32,000 nt of DNA from Okeania sp. (GCF_035285525.1 NZ_JAYKGW010000106.1:1-32000), one strand, 5' to 3'. Counted from the first letter of the stretch, positions 18,518 to 27,605 are shown. Notes: generated from the sequence alone by a model not told the origin. Program-made: numbers and translations.

Positions 18518-20203
18518 ATGCCAGAAAATAGAAGAAGCCAATTAGTAACTAAAGGAGTACAACGCGCTCCCAACCGAGCTATGCTCAGAGCAGTAGGTTT
18601 TCAAGATTCAGACTTTACCAAACCAATCATTGGGGTTGCCAATGCCTACAGCACTATTACTCCTTGTAACATGGGGATTAATGATTTGGCCCTCCGAGGT
18701 GTAGATGGAGTAAAAGATGCTGGAGGAATGCCACAGATATTTGGCACAATTACCATTAGCGACGGTATTTCCATGGGAACTGAAGGGATGAAATATTCCC
18801 TCGTTTCTAGAGACGTTATTGCCGACTCCATCGAAACAGTTTGTAATGGCCAAACAATGGACGGAGTTTTAGCCATTGGTGGATGTGATAAAAATATGCC
18901 TGGAGCCATGATAGCGATCGCCCGGATGAATATCCCAGCCATATTTGTTTATGGTGGTACGATTAAACCAGGCCATTACAACGGTAAAGATTTAACAGTT
19001 GTGAGTGCTTTTGAAGCAGTGGGACAATATAGTGCTGGAAAAATTGACGAAACAGAATTAACAGAAGTTGAACGTAGAGCTTGCCCTGGTGCTGGTTCCT
19101 GTGGGGGAATGTTTACTGCTAATACCATGTCTTCAGCTTTTGAAGCTATGGGTATGAGTCTGATGTACTCCTCAACAATGGCTGCGGAAGATGCAGAAAA
19201 AGCAGAGAGTACGGAAAAATCAGCTCATGTTTTGGTAGAAGCTATCCATAAACAAATTTTACCTCGGCAAATTATTACTCGCAAATCTATCGAAAATGCT
19301 ATTTCGGTAATTATGGCTGTTGGGGGTTCTACTAATGCAGTATTACATTTCTTGGCAATAGCTCATGCTGCGGAAGTAGAATTATCTTTGGATGATTTTG
19401 AAACAATTCGAGCTAGAGTACCTGTATTGTGTGACTTGAAACCAAGTGGTAAATACGTTGCTACAGATTTGCATAAAGCAGGTGGCATTCCTCAAGTTAT
19501 GAAAATGCTTTTAGAACATGACTTACTCCATCCAGATGAGTTAACTATAACAGGTAAAACTATTGCACAACAGTTAGCGGATGTACCTTCTGAACCACCT
19601 GCTAATCAAGATGTCATTCGACCTTGGGATAATCCTATGTATGCTCAAGGACATTTAGCTATTTTAAAAGGAAATCTGGCCAGTGAGGGAGCTGTGGCTA
19701 AAATTACCGGAGTGAAGAATCCAGAAATAACAGGTCCAGCAAGAGTATTTGAATCAGAAGAAGATTGCTTAGATGCAATATTAGCAGGAAAAATTCAAGC
19801 CGGAGATATTATTGTAGTTCGTTATGAAGGCCCCAAAGGTGGACCAGGAATGCGAGAAATGTTAGCTCCAACTTCAGCTATTATTGGTGCTGGTTTAGGA
19901 GATAAAGTAGGATTAATTACTGATGGTAGATTTTCTGGTGGTACTTATGGTATGGTAGTCGGTCATGTAGCTCCCGAAGCAGCAGTAGGTGGAGCGATCG
20001 CTCTGGTTAAGGAGGGAGATATGATTACTATTGATGCTCATCAGCGTTTACTACAGTTAAATATTTCTAATGAGGAGTTAGAAAAGCGTCGTCAAGTTTG
20101 GGAACCACCAACGCCTCGTTATACTAGAGGTGTATTAGCTAAGTATGCGAAGTTAGTTTCTTCTAGTAGTGTTGGAGCAGTAACAGATGCAATTAATAAT
20201 TAA
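18518..20203 (+). CDS. ilvD: Dihydroxy-acid dehydratase (561 aa)
   Basis: IlvD/Edd family motifs: [52 protein letters not shown]. Full length. Confidence 0.97.
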   Translation: MPENRRSQLVTKGVQRAPNRAMLRAVGFQDSDFTKPIIGVANAYSTITPCNMGINDLALRGVDGVKDAGGMPQIFGTITISDGISMGTEGMKYSLVSRDVIADSIETVCNGQTMDGVLAIGGCDKNMPGAMIAIARMNIPAIFVYGGTIKPGHYNGKDLTVVSAFEAVGQYSAGKIDETELTEVERRACPGAGSCGGMFTANTMSSAFEAMGMSLMYSSTMAAEDAEKAESTEKSAHVLVEAIHKQILPRQIITRKSIENAISVIMAVGGSTNAVLHFLAIAHAAEVELSLDDFETIRARVPVLCDLKPSGKYVATDLHKAGGIPQVMKMLLEHDLLHPDELTITGKTIAQQLADVPSEPPANQDVIRPWDNPMYAQGHLAILKGNLASEGAVAKITGVKNPEITGPARVFESEEDCLDAILAGKIQAGDIIVVRYEGPKGGPGMREMLAPTSAIIGAGLGDKVGLITDGRFSGGTYGMVVGHVAPEAAVGGAIALVKEGDMITIDAHQRLLQLNISNEELEKRRQVWEPPTPRYTRGVLAKYAKLVSSSSVGAVTDAINN

Positions 20204-20222
20204 TAATTAATAATTAATAATT
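20191..20222. repeat. Heptamer tract (aattaat type) overlapping the last codons and stop of ilvD
   Basis: aattaataattaataattaataattaataatt. ilvD ends ..gca att aat aat taa (AINN*, stop at 20201-20203) inside the tract. Confidence 0.85.
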
Positions 20223-20227
20223 TGATT

Positions 20228-20319
20228 AGGACTTACGCACCAGATGCTATATATATAGTGCAAAAACCCCATACGCAATAGTTTTTGAACTCTATAAATA
20301 GTACCTTCGCGTAAGCCCT
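20228..20319. mobile_element. MITE-like element, family B (same subfamily as 18113)
   Basis: aggacttacgca...tagtgcaaaaaccccatacgcaatagtttttgaactctataa...gcgtaagccct. 11 of 12 TIR positions pair. Confidence 0.65.
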
Positions 20320-21019
20320 GTTGATAATGAAAGATATCTTTTATTGTCAATTATTTAAAGTCTTTGAATAATTAATAATGGATAATTGATAATATCATGT
20401 CCGTTGGCATCGGAGCGTGTAAAAAGTTGGAGAAATATCTACCGCCATATCAGGTTTTTTCCTCTCAAATAAGCTTCTTCCTTTTTCCTTCTTCCTTACC
20501 GAAAAATATTGGTTTAAAGCCTCCCCTTTTAAGGGGATAAAAAAGAATATTCCTTATTTCAAGCATCTTGCTTGACCTTTGTTATGGCGCGAAATAGCTA
20601 GAGGTACTGATCACTGATAACTGATAACTGAAATAACCTTATCACTGGCAATATTAATCCTACTGGAGATGATATAATTGATGATGAAAAATATCTTGAA
20701 AATAGTCAATTATCTAAAGTCTTTGAATAATTAACAATTGATGATGAAAAATACAGTGGATTCCACTTTTGTGAAATACATCTGTCGCTGGCTTTCCAGC
20801 CCGCACTATAGACATTTAATTATGATGTATATACCTGGAATCTGCTGTATCTTGGAAAGTGTCAATTCTCTAAAGTCTTTGAATAACTGATAGTAAAAAA
20901 TATCTTTTAAATTATTAATTATCTAAAGTTTTTTTCAACAGTAAACTGTACTAAACCAGCCCCCTTTTTGAGATTTTTCTAAACCCTTCTTCCCTCTTCC
21001 TTCTTCCTTCTAAATTATA

Positions 21020-21493
21020 ATGAATGCCTCAATTTATAGTATTGCTATTGAAATCACTGCTGGAATTGCTAGACATTATTTTATTTCCTCTGACAGAACA
21101 TTTAAAAATTCAATTGGATGGGGTCTTCAAGGAATTGAATATCAAGGCAAAGGAGCAAAATTAACAGTTGAACAAGAACAACGAGTTTGTGAATATTTAG
21201 ACAAGTTTGGCAAGTATAATATTCATACTAATAATTGTGAAATGTTTGCTTGGTATGTCATTACTGGAAAACGTTATTCTGGGCAAATTAAAGAAAAAAT
21301 TCATACTGCAATTGGGTCTAAAATAGTTTCTCTTGTACAACCTGTTTTAACGCCTAGAGAAATAGTTAATTATCAGCATGAACAAGCAATAGTTTATAGA
21401 CTTAATGAAGACCTAGAAAAAGCAAAACTTGCTCAGTTAAAATCAGACCAAGCAATGCGTGATGATTTTTGGAAAAAAAAGAGATGCCAATAA
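21020..21493 (+). CDS. Hypothetical protein (157 aa), possible LRAT / NlpC-P60-like papain-fold domain
   Basis: The NNCEMFAWYV motif resembles the catalytic-Cys NCEHF box of the LRAT/H-rev107 family, with a possible upstream His (ARHYFIS). The assignment rests on motifs only. A 27-nt pure pyrimidine block (20983-21009) lies 10 nt upstream of the ATG. Confidence 0.55.
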   Translation: MNASIYSIAIEITAGIARHYFISSDRTFKNSIGWGLQGIEYQGKGAKLTVEQEQRVCEYLDKFGKYNIHTNNCEMFAWYVITGKRYSGQIKEKIHTAIGSKIVSLVQPVLTPREIVNYQHEQAIVYRLNEDLEKAKLAQLKSDQAMRDDFWKKKRCQ

Positions 21494-21525
21494 GTAGAAT
21501 AACAGGACCGAATTGGTTGGGTTTC

Positions 21526-21905
21526 GTTCCTCAACCCAACCTACGTTTATTGCTAAAAATGTAGGTTGGGTAGAACGAAGTGAAACCCAACAAACAATTA
21601 TGGATGTTGGGTTTCCTTCCTCAACCCAACCTACGTTTATTGCTATTTATAATAGATAAAGAAGTGGAACTTAACAACCATAACCATGATTATTTGTTGG
21701 GTTTCGTTCCTCAACCCAACCTACGTTTATTGGTGTTTTATAATAAGTAAAGAAGTGAAACTTAACAACCATGATTATTGGTTGGGTTTCGTTCCTCAAC
21801 CCAACCTACGTTTGTTGGTGTTTTATAATAAGTAAAGAAGTGAAACTTAACAACCATAACCATGATTATTTGTTGGGTTTCGTTCCTCAACCCAACCTAC
21901 GTTTA
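21526..21905. repeat. Array of five forward copies (plus one inverted copy) of a ~33-nt hairpin motif gttgggtttcgttcctcaacccaacctacgttt
   Basis: Forward copies start at 21526, 21606, 21696, 21781 and 21872 (spacing 80-91 bp). Inverted copy at 21561-21591. Stem gttgggtt/aacccaac, 9-nt loop. The last three inter-copy segments are nearly identical, so this is a tandem 85-91-bp duplication. Confidence 0.9.
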
Positions 21906-21939
21906 TTATTAATTATTAATTATTAATTATTATATACTT

Positions 21940-24228
21940 ATGAATAATTCTCAACCTCCCCGTAATCGTCAAACTGTCTTGGGTAATATTACTCAGGTAG
22001 TTCAAACTATTCATGCTGGTGTCAATTTTTCTGTATTGGCACTGAGACCTAATGCCAAAGTACCCGAACTTTGGATACAGGAACCAGAAGGTACTCCAGC
22101 TAAAAAATATCCTCTTTTGGGCGATCGCTATTTACTCGGACGTTCTTCCCAATCTTGTGATATTATCATTCGTAATCCTCTAATTAGCAAAATTCATCTA
22201 TCTATTTCGCGAGACTCAAATAGAACTAACACCCCTTATGTCATCAAAGATGAAAACTCTGCTAATGGTATCTATAGTGGAAAAAAAAAGATTTCTCGTT
22301 TTCGTTTGTGTCATGGTGATACCTTCACTTTAGGACCACCGGAATTAGCTAATAATGTTAAACTTCGGTATATTGACCCTCCTGCATGGTATACTATAGG
22401 ATTTCGTTATCTTGTCTTTGGTATTTTTGGGTTTACGGCTTTGGTCAGTTTAATCATTCTACTGGAATGGACAAAATTCAGTGTATACCCACTACCCAAC
22501 CCTATTACTGGTCCAGTAGTTGTCTATGCTCGTGATGGACAAACACCTTTACGTCAAGCTTCTAGAAATTCTCATTATGAATTGAGTCGTATCTCCAAAT
22601 TTTCCAAATATTTACCAGATGCGGTGGTTGCTTCTGAGGATAGTCGTTTTTATTGGCATATTGGCGTAGACCCCATCGGAATTACGAGAGCCATATTGAC
22701 AAATTTACAGGCAGATGGTATAAGGGAGGGAGGTAGTACAGTTACTCAACAGCTAGCAAGGAGTATATTTCGAGATTATGTCGGTACAGAATATTCTGCT
22801 AGTCGGAAATTACGAGAAGCAGTCGTATCATTAAAATTAGAAGCTTTTTATAGTAAGGAAGATTTATTATTATTTTATCTAAATAAAGTTTATTTAGGAT
22901 TAGATTTATACGGATTTGAAGATGCTGCCAGATTTTATTTTGGCAAGGGCGCTCAAGATTTAAGTTTATCAGAAGCAGCAACATTAGCCGGAATTTTACC
23001 AGCACCTAATAGTTTTAATCCGGTACAAAATTATCAATTAGCTATCGAAAAAAGAGATAGAGTTATTTATCGAATGCTCAGTCTCGGTATGATTAATCAA
23101 CAAGAAGCAGATAGAGCTAGGCGATCGCGAGTAGAAGTTAATCCTAAAGCTATAGAAATTATTCGAGGAACTTTAGCACCATATTATTATAGTCATGTAT
23201 TTAGGGAACTGGAAGAATTATTAGGAACAGACTTAGCAACAGAAGGAAATTTTGTAGTGGAAACCGCTTTAAACCCAAAAATTCAAAGTTATGCAGAAAC
23301 AGCTTTACAAGATAGTATTAATAATGATGGTGTTTATGCTAACTTCTCTCAAGGTGCGATAGTGACCATAAATTCTCGGAATGGAGAAGTTATTGCTTTG
23401 ACTGGAGGAGAAGATTATCAAAAAAGTCAATTTAACCGAGCGACTCAAGCACAACGTCAACCAGGTTCGACTTTTAAAGTATTTGCTTATGCTGCTGCTC
23501 TAGAAAAGGGAATATCACCAAAAAAATCATTTTCTTGTAATTCCATGAGATGGAAGGGACAAACTTACGGCGCTTGCGAACGGAGTGGTGGTAGTACAGA
23601 TATGTATAATGGTATAGCGCTTTCTGAGAATGTGGTAGCTTTGCGAGTTGCTCAACAAGCAGGTTTAGATAGGGTGGTAAGAATGGCAAAGAGTTTAGGA
23701 ATTAAGTCTAAGTTAGATGCTGTACCGGGTTTGGTGTTAGGTCAAAGTGAAGTTAATGTTTTAGAAATGACTGGTGCTTACGGGGTGTTTGCTAACGGTG
23801 GAGTTGGAAATAGACCTCATACTATTAAGAAAATTATAGATAGTAGTGATTGCGATGATAATAATAATATTGATACTTGTCGGTGCATTTATTCTTACGA
23901 TCCTAACCCCAAGTGTGATAACACCCAGGGAGATGTTCAAGCTAACCAACGTATTTTGGAACCATACATCGCAGACACTATGACTCAAATGCTCCAAGGA
24001 GTTGTAGAATATGGAACTGGTCGTAGTGCTAGTTTGGGTTTAGGAGAAGCAGGTAAAACTGGTACAACGAATCGAGGAGTGGATTTATGGTTTATTGGAT
24101 ATGTTCCTAACCAAAGTATGGTTACAGGTATTTGGTTAGGAAATGATGATAATTCTCCGACTGGTAGCAGTAGTAGTCAAGCTGCTCGGTTATGGGGAAA
24201 TTATATGGAAAAGGTGGTAGGGAAGTAA
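21940..24228 (+). CDS. Class A penicillin-binding protein (transglycosylase/transpeptidase) with N-terminal cytoplasmic FHA domain (762 aa)
   Basis: FHA-like YLLGRSSQSCDIIIRNPLISKIHLSI...YVIKDENSANGIY. TM LVFGIFGFTALVSLIILL. GT51 motifs ASEDSRFYWHIGVDP and GGSTVTQQLAR. Transpeptidase motifs STFK, SEN and KTGTT. Confidence 0.93.
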   Translation: MNNSQPPRNRQTVLGNITQVVQTIHAGVNFSVLALRPNAKVPELWIQEPEGTPAKKYPLLGDRYLLGRSSQSCDIIIRNPLISKIHLSISRDSNRTNTPYVIKDENSANGIYSGKKKISRFRLCHGDTFTLGPPELANNVKLRYIDPPAWYTIGFRYLVFGIFGFTALVSLIILLEWTKFSVYPLPNPITGPVVVYARDGQTPLRQASRNSHYELSRISKFSKYLPDAVVASEDSRFYWHIGVDPIGITRAILTNLQADGIREGGSTVTQQLARSIFRDYVGTEYSASRKLREAVVSLKLEAFYSKEDLLLFYLNKVYLGLDLYGFEDAARFYFGKGAQDLSLSEAATLAGILPAPNSFNPVQNYQLAIEKRDRVIYRMLSLGMINQQEADRARRSRVEVNPKAIEIIRGTLAPYYYSHVFRELEELLGTDLATEGNFVVETALNPKIQSYAETALQDSINNDGVYANFSQGAIVTINSRNGEVIALTGGEDYQKSQFNRATQAQRQPGSTFKVFAYAAALEKGISPKKSFSCNSMRWKGQTYGACERSGGSTDMYNGIALSENVVALRVAQQAGLDRVVRMAKSLGIKSKLDAVPGLVLGQSEVNVLEMTGAYGVFANGGVGNRPHTIKKIIDSSDCDDNNNIDTCRCIYSYDPNPKCDNTQGDVQANQRILEPYIADTMTQMLQGVVEYGTGRSASLGLGEAGKTGTTNRGVDLWFIGYVPNQSMVTGIWLGNDDNSPTGSSSSQAARLWGNYMEKVVGK

Positions 24229-24270
24229 TTTCAGTTATCAGTTATCAGTAAGGAAAGAAGTAGGGAGTAA

Positions 24271-24303
24271 AGAAACCCGGTTTCTTCGAGAAACCGGGTT
24301 TCT
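24271..24303. terminator. Perfect 15-bp stem / 3-nt loop hairpin between the convergent PBP and urtB genes (possible bidirectional terminator)
   Basis: agaaacccggtttct-tcg-agaaaccgggtttct. Lies 43 nt after the PBP stop. No clear U-run. The same gaaaccgggttt motif occurs in the family B copies at 7575-7659. Confidence 0.4.
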
Positions 24304-24416
24304 GGTACAAGGAAGTAAGTAGGGAAGTTGCACCGACAAAAATGCGTTTTCGTATAGGGAATGCTCCGCTTTCCATGTCCGCTCAAGCGCGAAAAACGCA
24401 CTCTACTAAACTCAAT

Positions 24417-24509
24417 TATAGTCATTCCGAATAAGAATGGAAAACTGTTTCAGCGAAAACCCTTTCACAGGAAGAAAACCTTGTCTCAATCTAAATCAGA
24501 ATGACTATA
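24417..24509. mobile_element. MITE-like element, family F, with perfect 11-bp TIRs tatagtcattc / gaatgactata
   Basis: 93-bp unit. An isolated right-end-like fragment (gcaatgactatat) lies at ~27988-28000. Confidence 0.5.
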
Positions 24510-24548
24510 TTAATTATTAATTATCAATTATCAATTATTAATTATTAG
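24509..24548. repeat. Heptamer tract containing the urtB stop codon
   Basis: attaattattaattatcaattatcaattattaattattag. urtB ends ..GRTNN* with its stop at 24538-24540 inside the tract. Confidence 0.85.
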
Positions 24549-25695
24549 TTCTGCCTTTTTGCGGAAATAAACCTGCTGGTTTAAGTTGTAAAAAAACAAT
24601 AATTAAAGCAAATACCATTACTTTTGCCATAGAAGTAGTTGCAAAGAAATTGAATAAATTAGTCAACATTTTCATGGTTTCTATATCTCCCAAAATTAAA
24701 GCTATAGTTCCTGAACCAATTAAATAATTAGTAATTCCAATTCCCATAGCAGCAATAACAGTACCAAATAAGTTTCCTACTCCTCCAACGACAACTACCA
24801 TAAAAGCATCGACTATATAATTTTGTCCTGTATTCGGACCGACTGAACCTAATAATGTAATTGCACAACCAGCAACTCCAGCTAATCCGGAACCTAATGA
24901 AAAAGTAATAGTATCAACTTGATTTGTGGGGATACCTAAACAAGCACTCATACTTCTATTTTGAGTGACTGCTTTAATTCTTAAGCCCCAATTTGATTTA
25001 TTCAAAAATAAGTAAATTAAGAGCAAACTTATGGCAGTTAAAATAATGATAAATATCCGAGAGTAAGGTAATTGAAATTCTCCAATAGGTAATCCACCTT
25101 GTAACCAAACTGGAGCGGTAACATCAACATTTCTGGCACTAAACCAAGGTTTGATTAATCCAGGAATTTTCAATAAAAATCCGCAAGCAATGGAGATTGT
25201 TAAAGATAAGAAAAAAATAATTGCTCTGGCTAAGTTTTTAATTTTTTCCCAATCAGAACGACGTTTTTTGACGAAATAAAGACCGCCAAAATAGAGGATA
25301 CAAAAAATTATGATACCGATAATTAAAACACCATTTACACTCCGCACAAATTGACGCAAAATCAGACTAACTCCCCAAGTTGCTAGTAGAGTTTCTAAAG
25401 GTCTACCATAGAGAAAACGTATCACTCCTTTTTCTAATATTAAACCAGCGATCGCTCCCACTATAAATGCTATGGGAATGGCGAATAAAATATAAGTATT
25501 AGCAATAGGTTCACCCATGCTATTAAAAATATTTTGAACTACGAAAGTTGCATAAGCACCTAACATCATTAGTTCGCCGTGAGCTAAGTTTATTACTCCC
25601 ATTAATCCAAAAATAATGGCTAATCCGAGAGCGACAATTAATAAAACTGAACCAATACTTATACCGTTAAATATAGCTATTAATAATTCTTGCAT
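24538..25695 (-). CDS. urtB: Urea ABC transporter permease UrtB (LivH family, 385 aa)
   Basis: FNGISIGSVLLIVALGLAIIFGLMGVINLAHGELMMLGAYATFVVQ is typical of UrtB/LivH permeases, with ~10 TM segments. Lies downstream of urtA on the same strand. Confidence 0.88.
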   Translation of the reverse strand: MQELLIAIFNGISIGSVLLIVALGLAIIFGLMGVINLAHGELMMLGAYATFVVQNIFNSMGEPIANTYILFAIPIAFIVGAIAGLILEKGVIRFLYGRPLETLLATWGVSLILRQFVRSVNGVLIIGIIIFCILYFGGLYFVKKRRSDWEKIKNLARAIIFFLSLTISIACGFLLKIPGLIKPWFSARNVDVTAPVWLQGGLPIGEFQLPYSRIFIIILTAISLLLIYLFLNKSNWGLRIKAVTQNRSMSACLGIPTNQVDTITFSLGSGLAGVAGCAITLLGSVGPNTGQNYIVDAFMVVVVGGVGNLFGTVIAAMGIGITNYLIGSGTIALILGDIETMKMLTNLFNFFATTSMAKVMVFALIIVFLQLKPAGLFPQKGRTNN

Positions 25696-26167
25696 TTGAA
25701 GTAAGAAGTAAGAAGTTAAGAAGGGATAAGAAATTTACAGCAGTTTTTAGATTAACTAACCACATAAAAAACAATAACCCTGTAGGGAAGTTACATGCAA
25801 ATTCCCTATTTTGTGTTGTAAATAATCCTAAATGATTAGTCAAAAAACTGTAGAGGTTTGGTTTCCAAATCCCATTTTATTTTAGATTTGAATACAAAAA
25901 TCATAGGATCAAATATTACAATCTATTTAAGATTTTTATAGTCATCATTCAAGAGGTTAAAGTCAAAATTTAGTCATCTTTGAGATGACTTCAGCTATTA
26001 GCCAATGATTAAAATCCTTGACTTTAGATGACCTCGCAAGTGCGATTTTTCGGGAACCGTGCATCTTAACTCCCGTGGGTGTACTTCACCAAACTTGAAA
26101 CCGCTATATCAACGAAAATTAATAAAGCCGATAACTGTTAACTTTTGACTTTTCAGCTTTTTAATAA

Positions 26168-26310
26168 GCTTTTCAAAGTTTAGTTAAAATCAAGCAAATA
26201 TTAACTGAACTTCTACTACATTTAAAATCCGAAAATTCCAGCAAAATCACAAGTATATCTAGTTATCAACTTAAATTTAATAAAGCTGATAACTGATAAC
26301 TGTTAACTGT
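26168..26310. repeat. Left arm of a ~140-bp inverted repeat pair flanking urtA
   Basis: Aligns with the reverse complement of 28449-28590. Shared strings: aagcaaatattaactgaacttctactacattt, atcacaagtatatctagttatcaactt, aataaagctgataactgataactg. Confidence 0.85.
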
Positions 26311-26333
26311 TAACTGAATAACTGTTAACTAAC
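26285..26333. repeat. Heptamer tract (ctgataa/ctgttaa type) containing the urtA stop codon
   Basis: gctgataactgataactgttaactgttaactgaataactgttaactaac. The urtA stop is at 26325-26327. Confidence 0.85.
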
Positions 26334-27605
26334 TTTATATTTACCACCTTTATTAGGGTCGCTCCAATCACAAGCAAACCCTTTAGTTGATGGCACAAAT
26401 TGATTCCAAGGTATAGGTGCAATAGCTCCATCAGTAGACCAAACTATATTAAACAAACCATCATCACGAATTTCACCTATTCTGACAGTTTTAGAAATAT
26501 GATGATTAGCATTCATAGTAACTAAACCTTCTGGAGCATTAAAACTTTCCCCGATCGCTGCCATTCTTACTGCCTCTAAATCATCAGCAGTACCAGCTTT
26601 TTCTACTGCTTGTTTCCACAGATAAACCATAATATAAGCAGCTTCCATCGGGTCATTTGTTACTCGGTCTTCTCCATATTTTGCTTTAAAATTTTCCACC
26701 CATTTTTTATTAGTTTCTGTATCCACAGTTTGGAAATAATTCCAAGCAGCGTAATGACCAATCAAAAATTCTTTACCTATTTGTCTGACTTCTTCTTCAG
26801 CAATACTCACCGACATAACTGGATATTTATCTGGAGTCAAACCAGCACCTTTCAACTGTTTAAAAAAGGCAACATTACTATCACCATTCAGACTATTAAA
26901 AATTACTCCACCATCAGGCAAAGCTTGTTTGATTTTAGTAATAATTGGAGTAACTTCTGTATTTCCTAAAGGCAAATAATCTTCACCAACAGTAGTACCT
27001 CCTTTAGCTTTTAACTGTTCTTTAATAATTGTATTTGCAGTGCGAGGAAAAACATAATCTGAACCAACTAAGAAAAATTCTTTACCTTTATTTTCTAACA
27101 ACCAAGTTACAGCAGGTTCAATTTGTTGGTTAGGAGCAGCACCCGTATAAAAAATGTTTTTTGAACATTCTTGACCTTCATATTGTACGGGATACCAAAG
27201 CATGTGGTTCTTAGATTCAAAGACAGGTAATACCGACTTTCGGGAAGCAGAAGTCCAACAACCAAAAACAGTAACTACCTGGTCTTGATCGATAAGTTTA
27301 TTGGCCTTTTCTGCAAAAGTTGGCCAGTCAGAAGCACCATCTTCGACAATAGCTTCTATTTGTTTGCCCAATACACCACCAGCAGCATTTATTTCTTCAA
27401 TGGCTAATTTTTCAGCTTCAACTACTGTAGTTTCACTAATGGCCATTGTGCCACTGAGGGAATGGAGAATACCTACTTTTATTGTTTCCTTTGCCTCAGA
27501 TGTAGTAGTATCAGTAGTTCCACCACAAGCTTTGAGAAAAATGCTGGTTCCTAAAGCAGCGGAACTATATATTAAGAAATTACGACGTCCTAATCCTTTA
27601 CCCAT
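26325..27605 (-). CDS. urtA: Urea ABC transporter substrate-binding lipoprotein UrtA (426 aa)
   Basis: Signal peptide with GRRNFL and lipobox [33 protein letters not shown] and YPVQYEG are typical of UrtA (amide/urea-binding LivK family). Confidence 0.93.
   Translation of the reverse strand: MGKGLGRRNFLIYSSAALGTSIFLKACGGTTDTTTSEAKETIKVGILHSLSGTMAISETTVVEAEKLAIEEINAAGGVLGKQIEAIVEDGASDWPTFAEKANKLIDQDQVVTVFGCWTSASRKSVLPVFESKNHMLWYPVQYEGQECSKNIFYTGAAPNQQIEPAVTWLLENKGKEFFLVGSDYVFPRTANTIIKEQLKAKGGTTVGEDYLPLGNTEVTPIITKIKQALPDGGVIFNSLNGDSNVAFFKQLKGAGLTPDKYPVMSVSIAEEEVRQIGKEFLIGHYAAWNYFQTVDTETNKKWVENFKAKYGEDRVTNDPMEAAYIMVYLWKQAVEKAGTADDLEAVRMAAIGESFNAPEGLVTMNANHHISKTVRIGEIRDDGLFNIVWSTDGAIAPIPWNQFVPSTKGFACDWSDPNKGGKYKVS

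Noticed and set aside
20397-20546. 49-codon ORF (MSVGIGACKKLEKYLPPYQ...) in a GC-richer island
   Set aside because: It has no RBS, and its second half is a translated pyrimidine-tract/repeat sequence. It could be a gene remnant but cannot be supported.
21526-21905. Possible CRISPR array (regularly spaced ~33-nt palindromic repeats)
   Set aside because: The segments between the repeats are near-identical to each other (tandem duplication of an 85-91-bp unit) rather than unique spacers. Spacing is irregular, one copy is inverted, and there are no cas genes in the window.
24231-24425. 64-aa minus-strand ORF between the PBP gene and urtB
   Set aside because: It spans the terminator-like hairpin and repeat debris and has no RBS.
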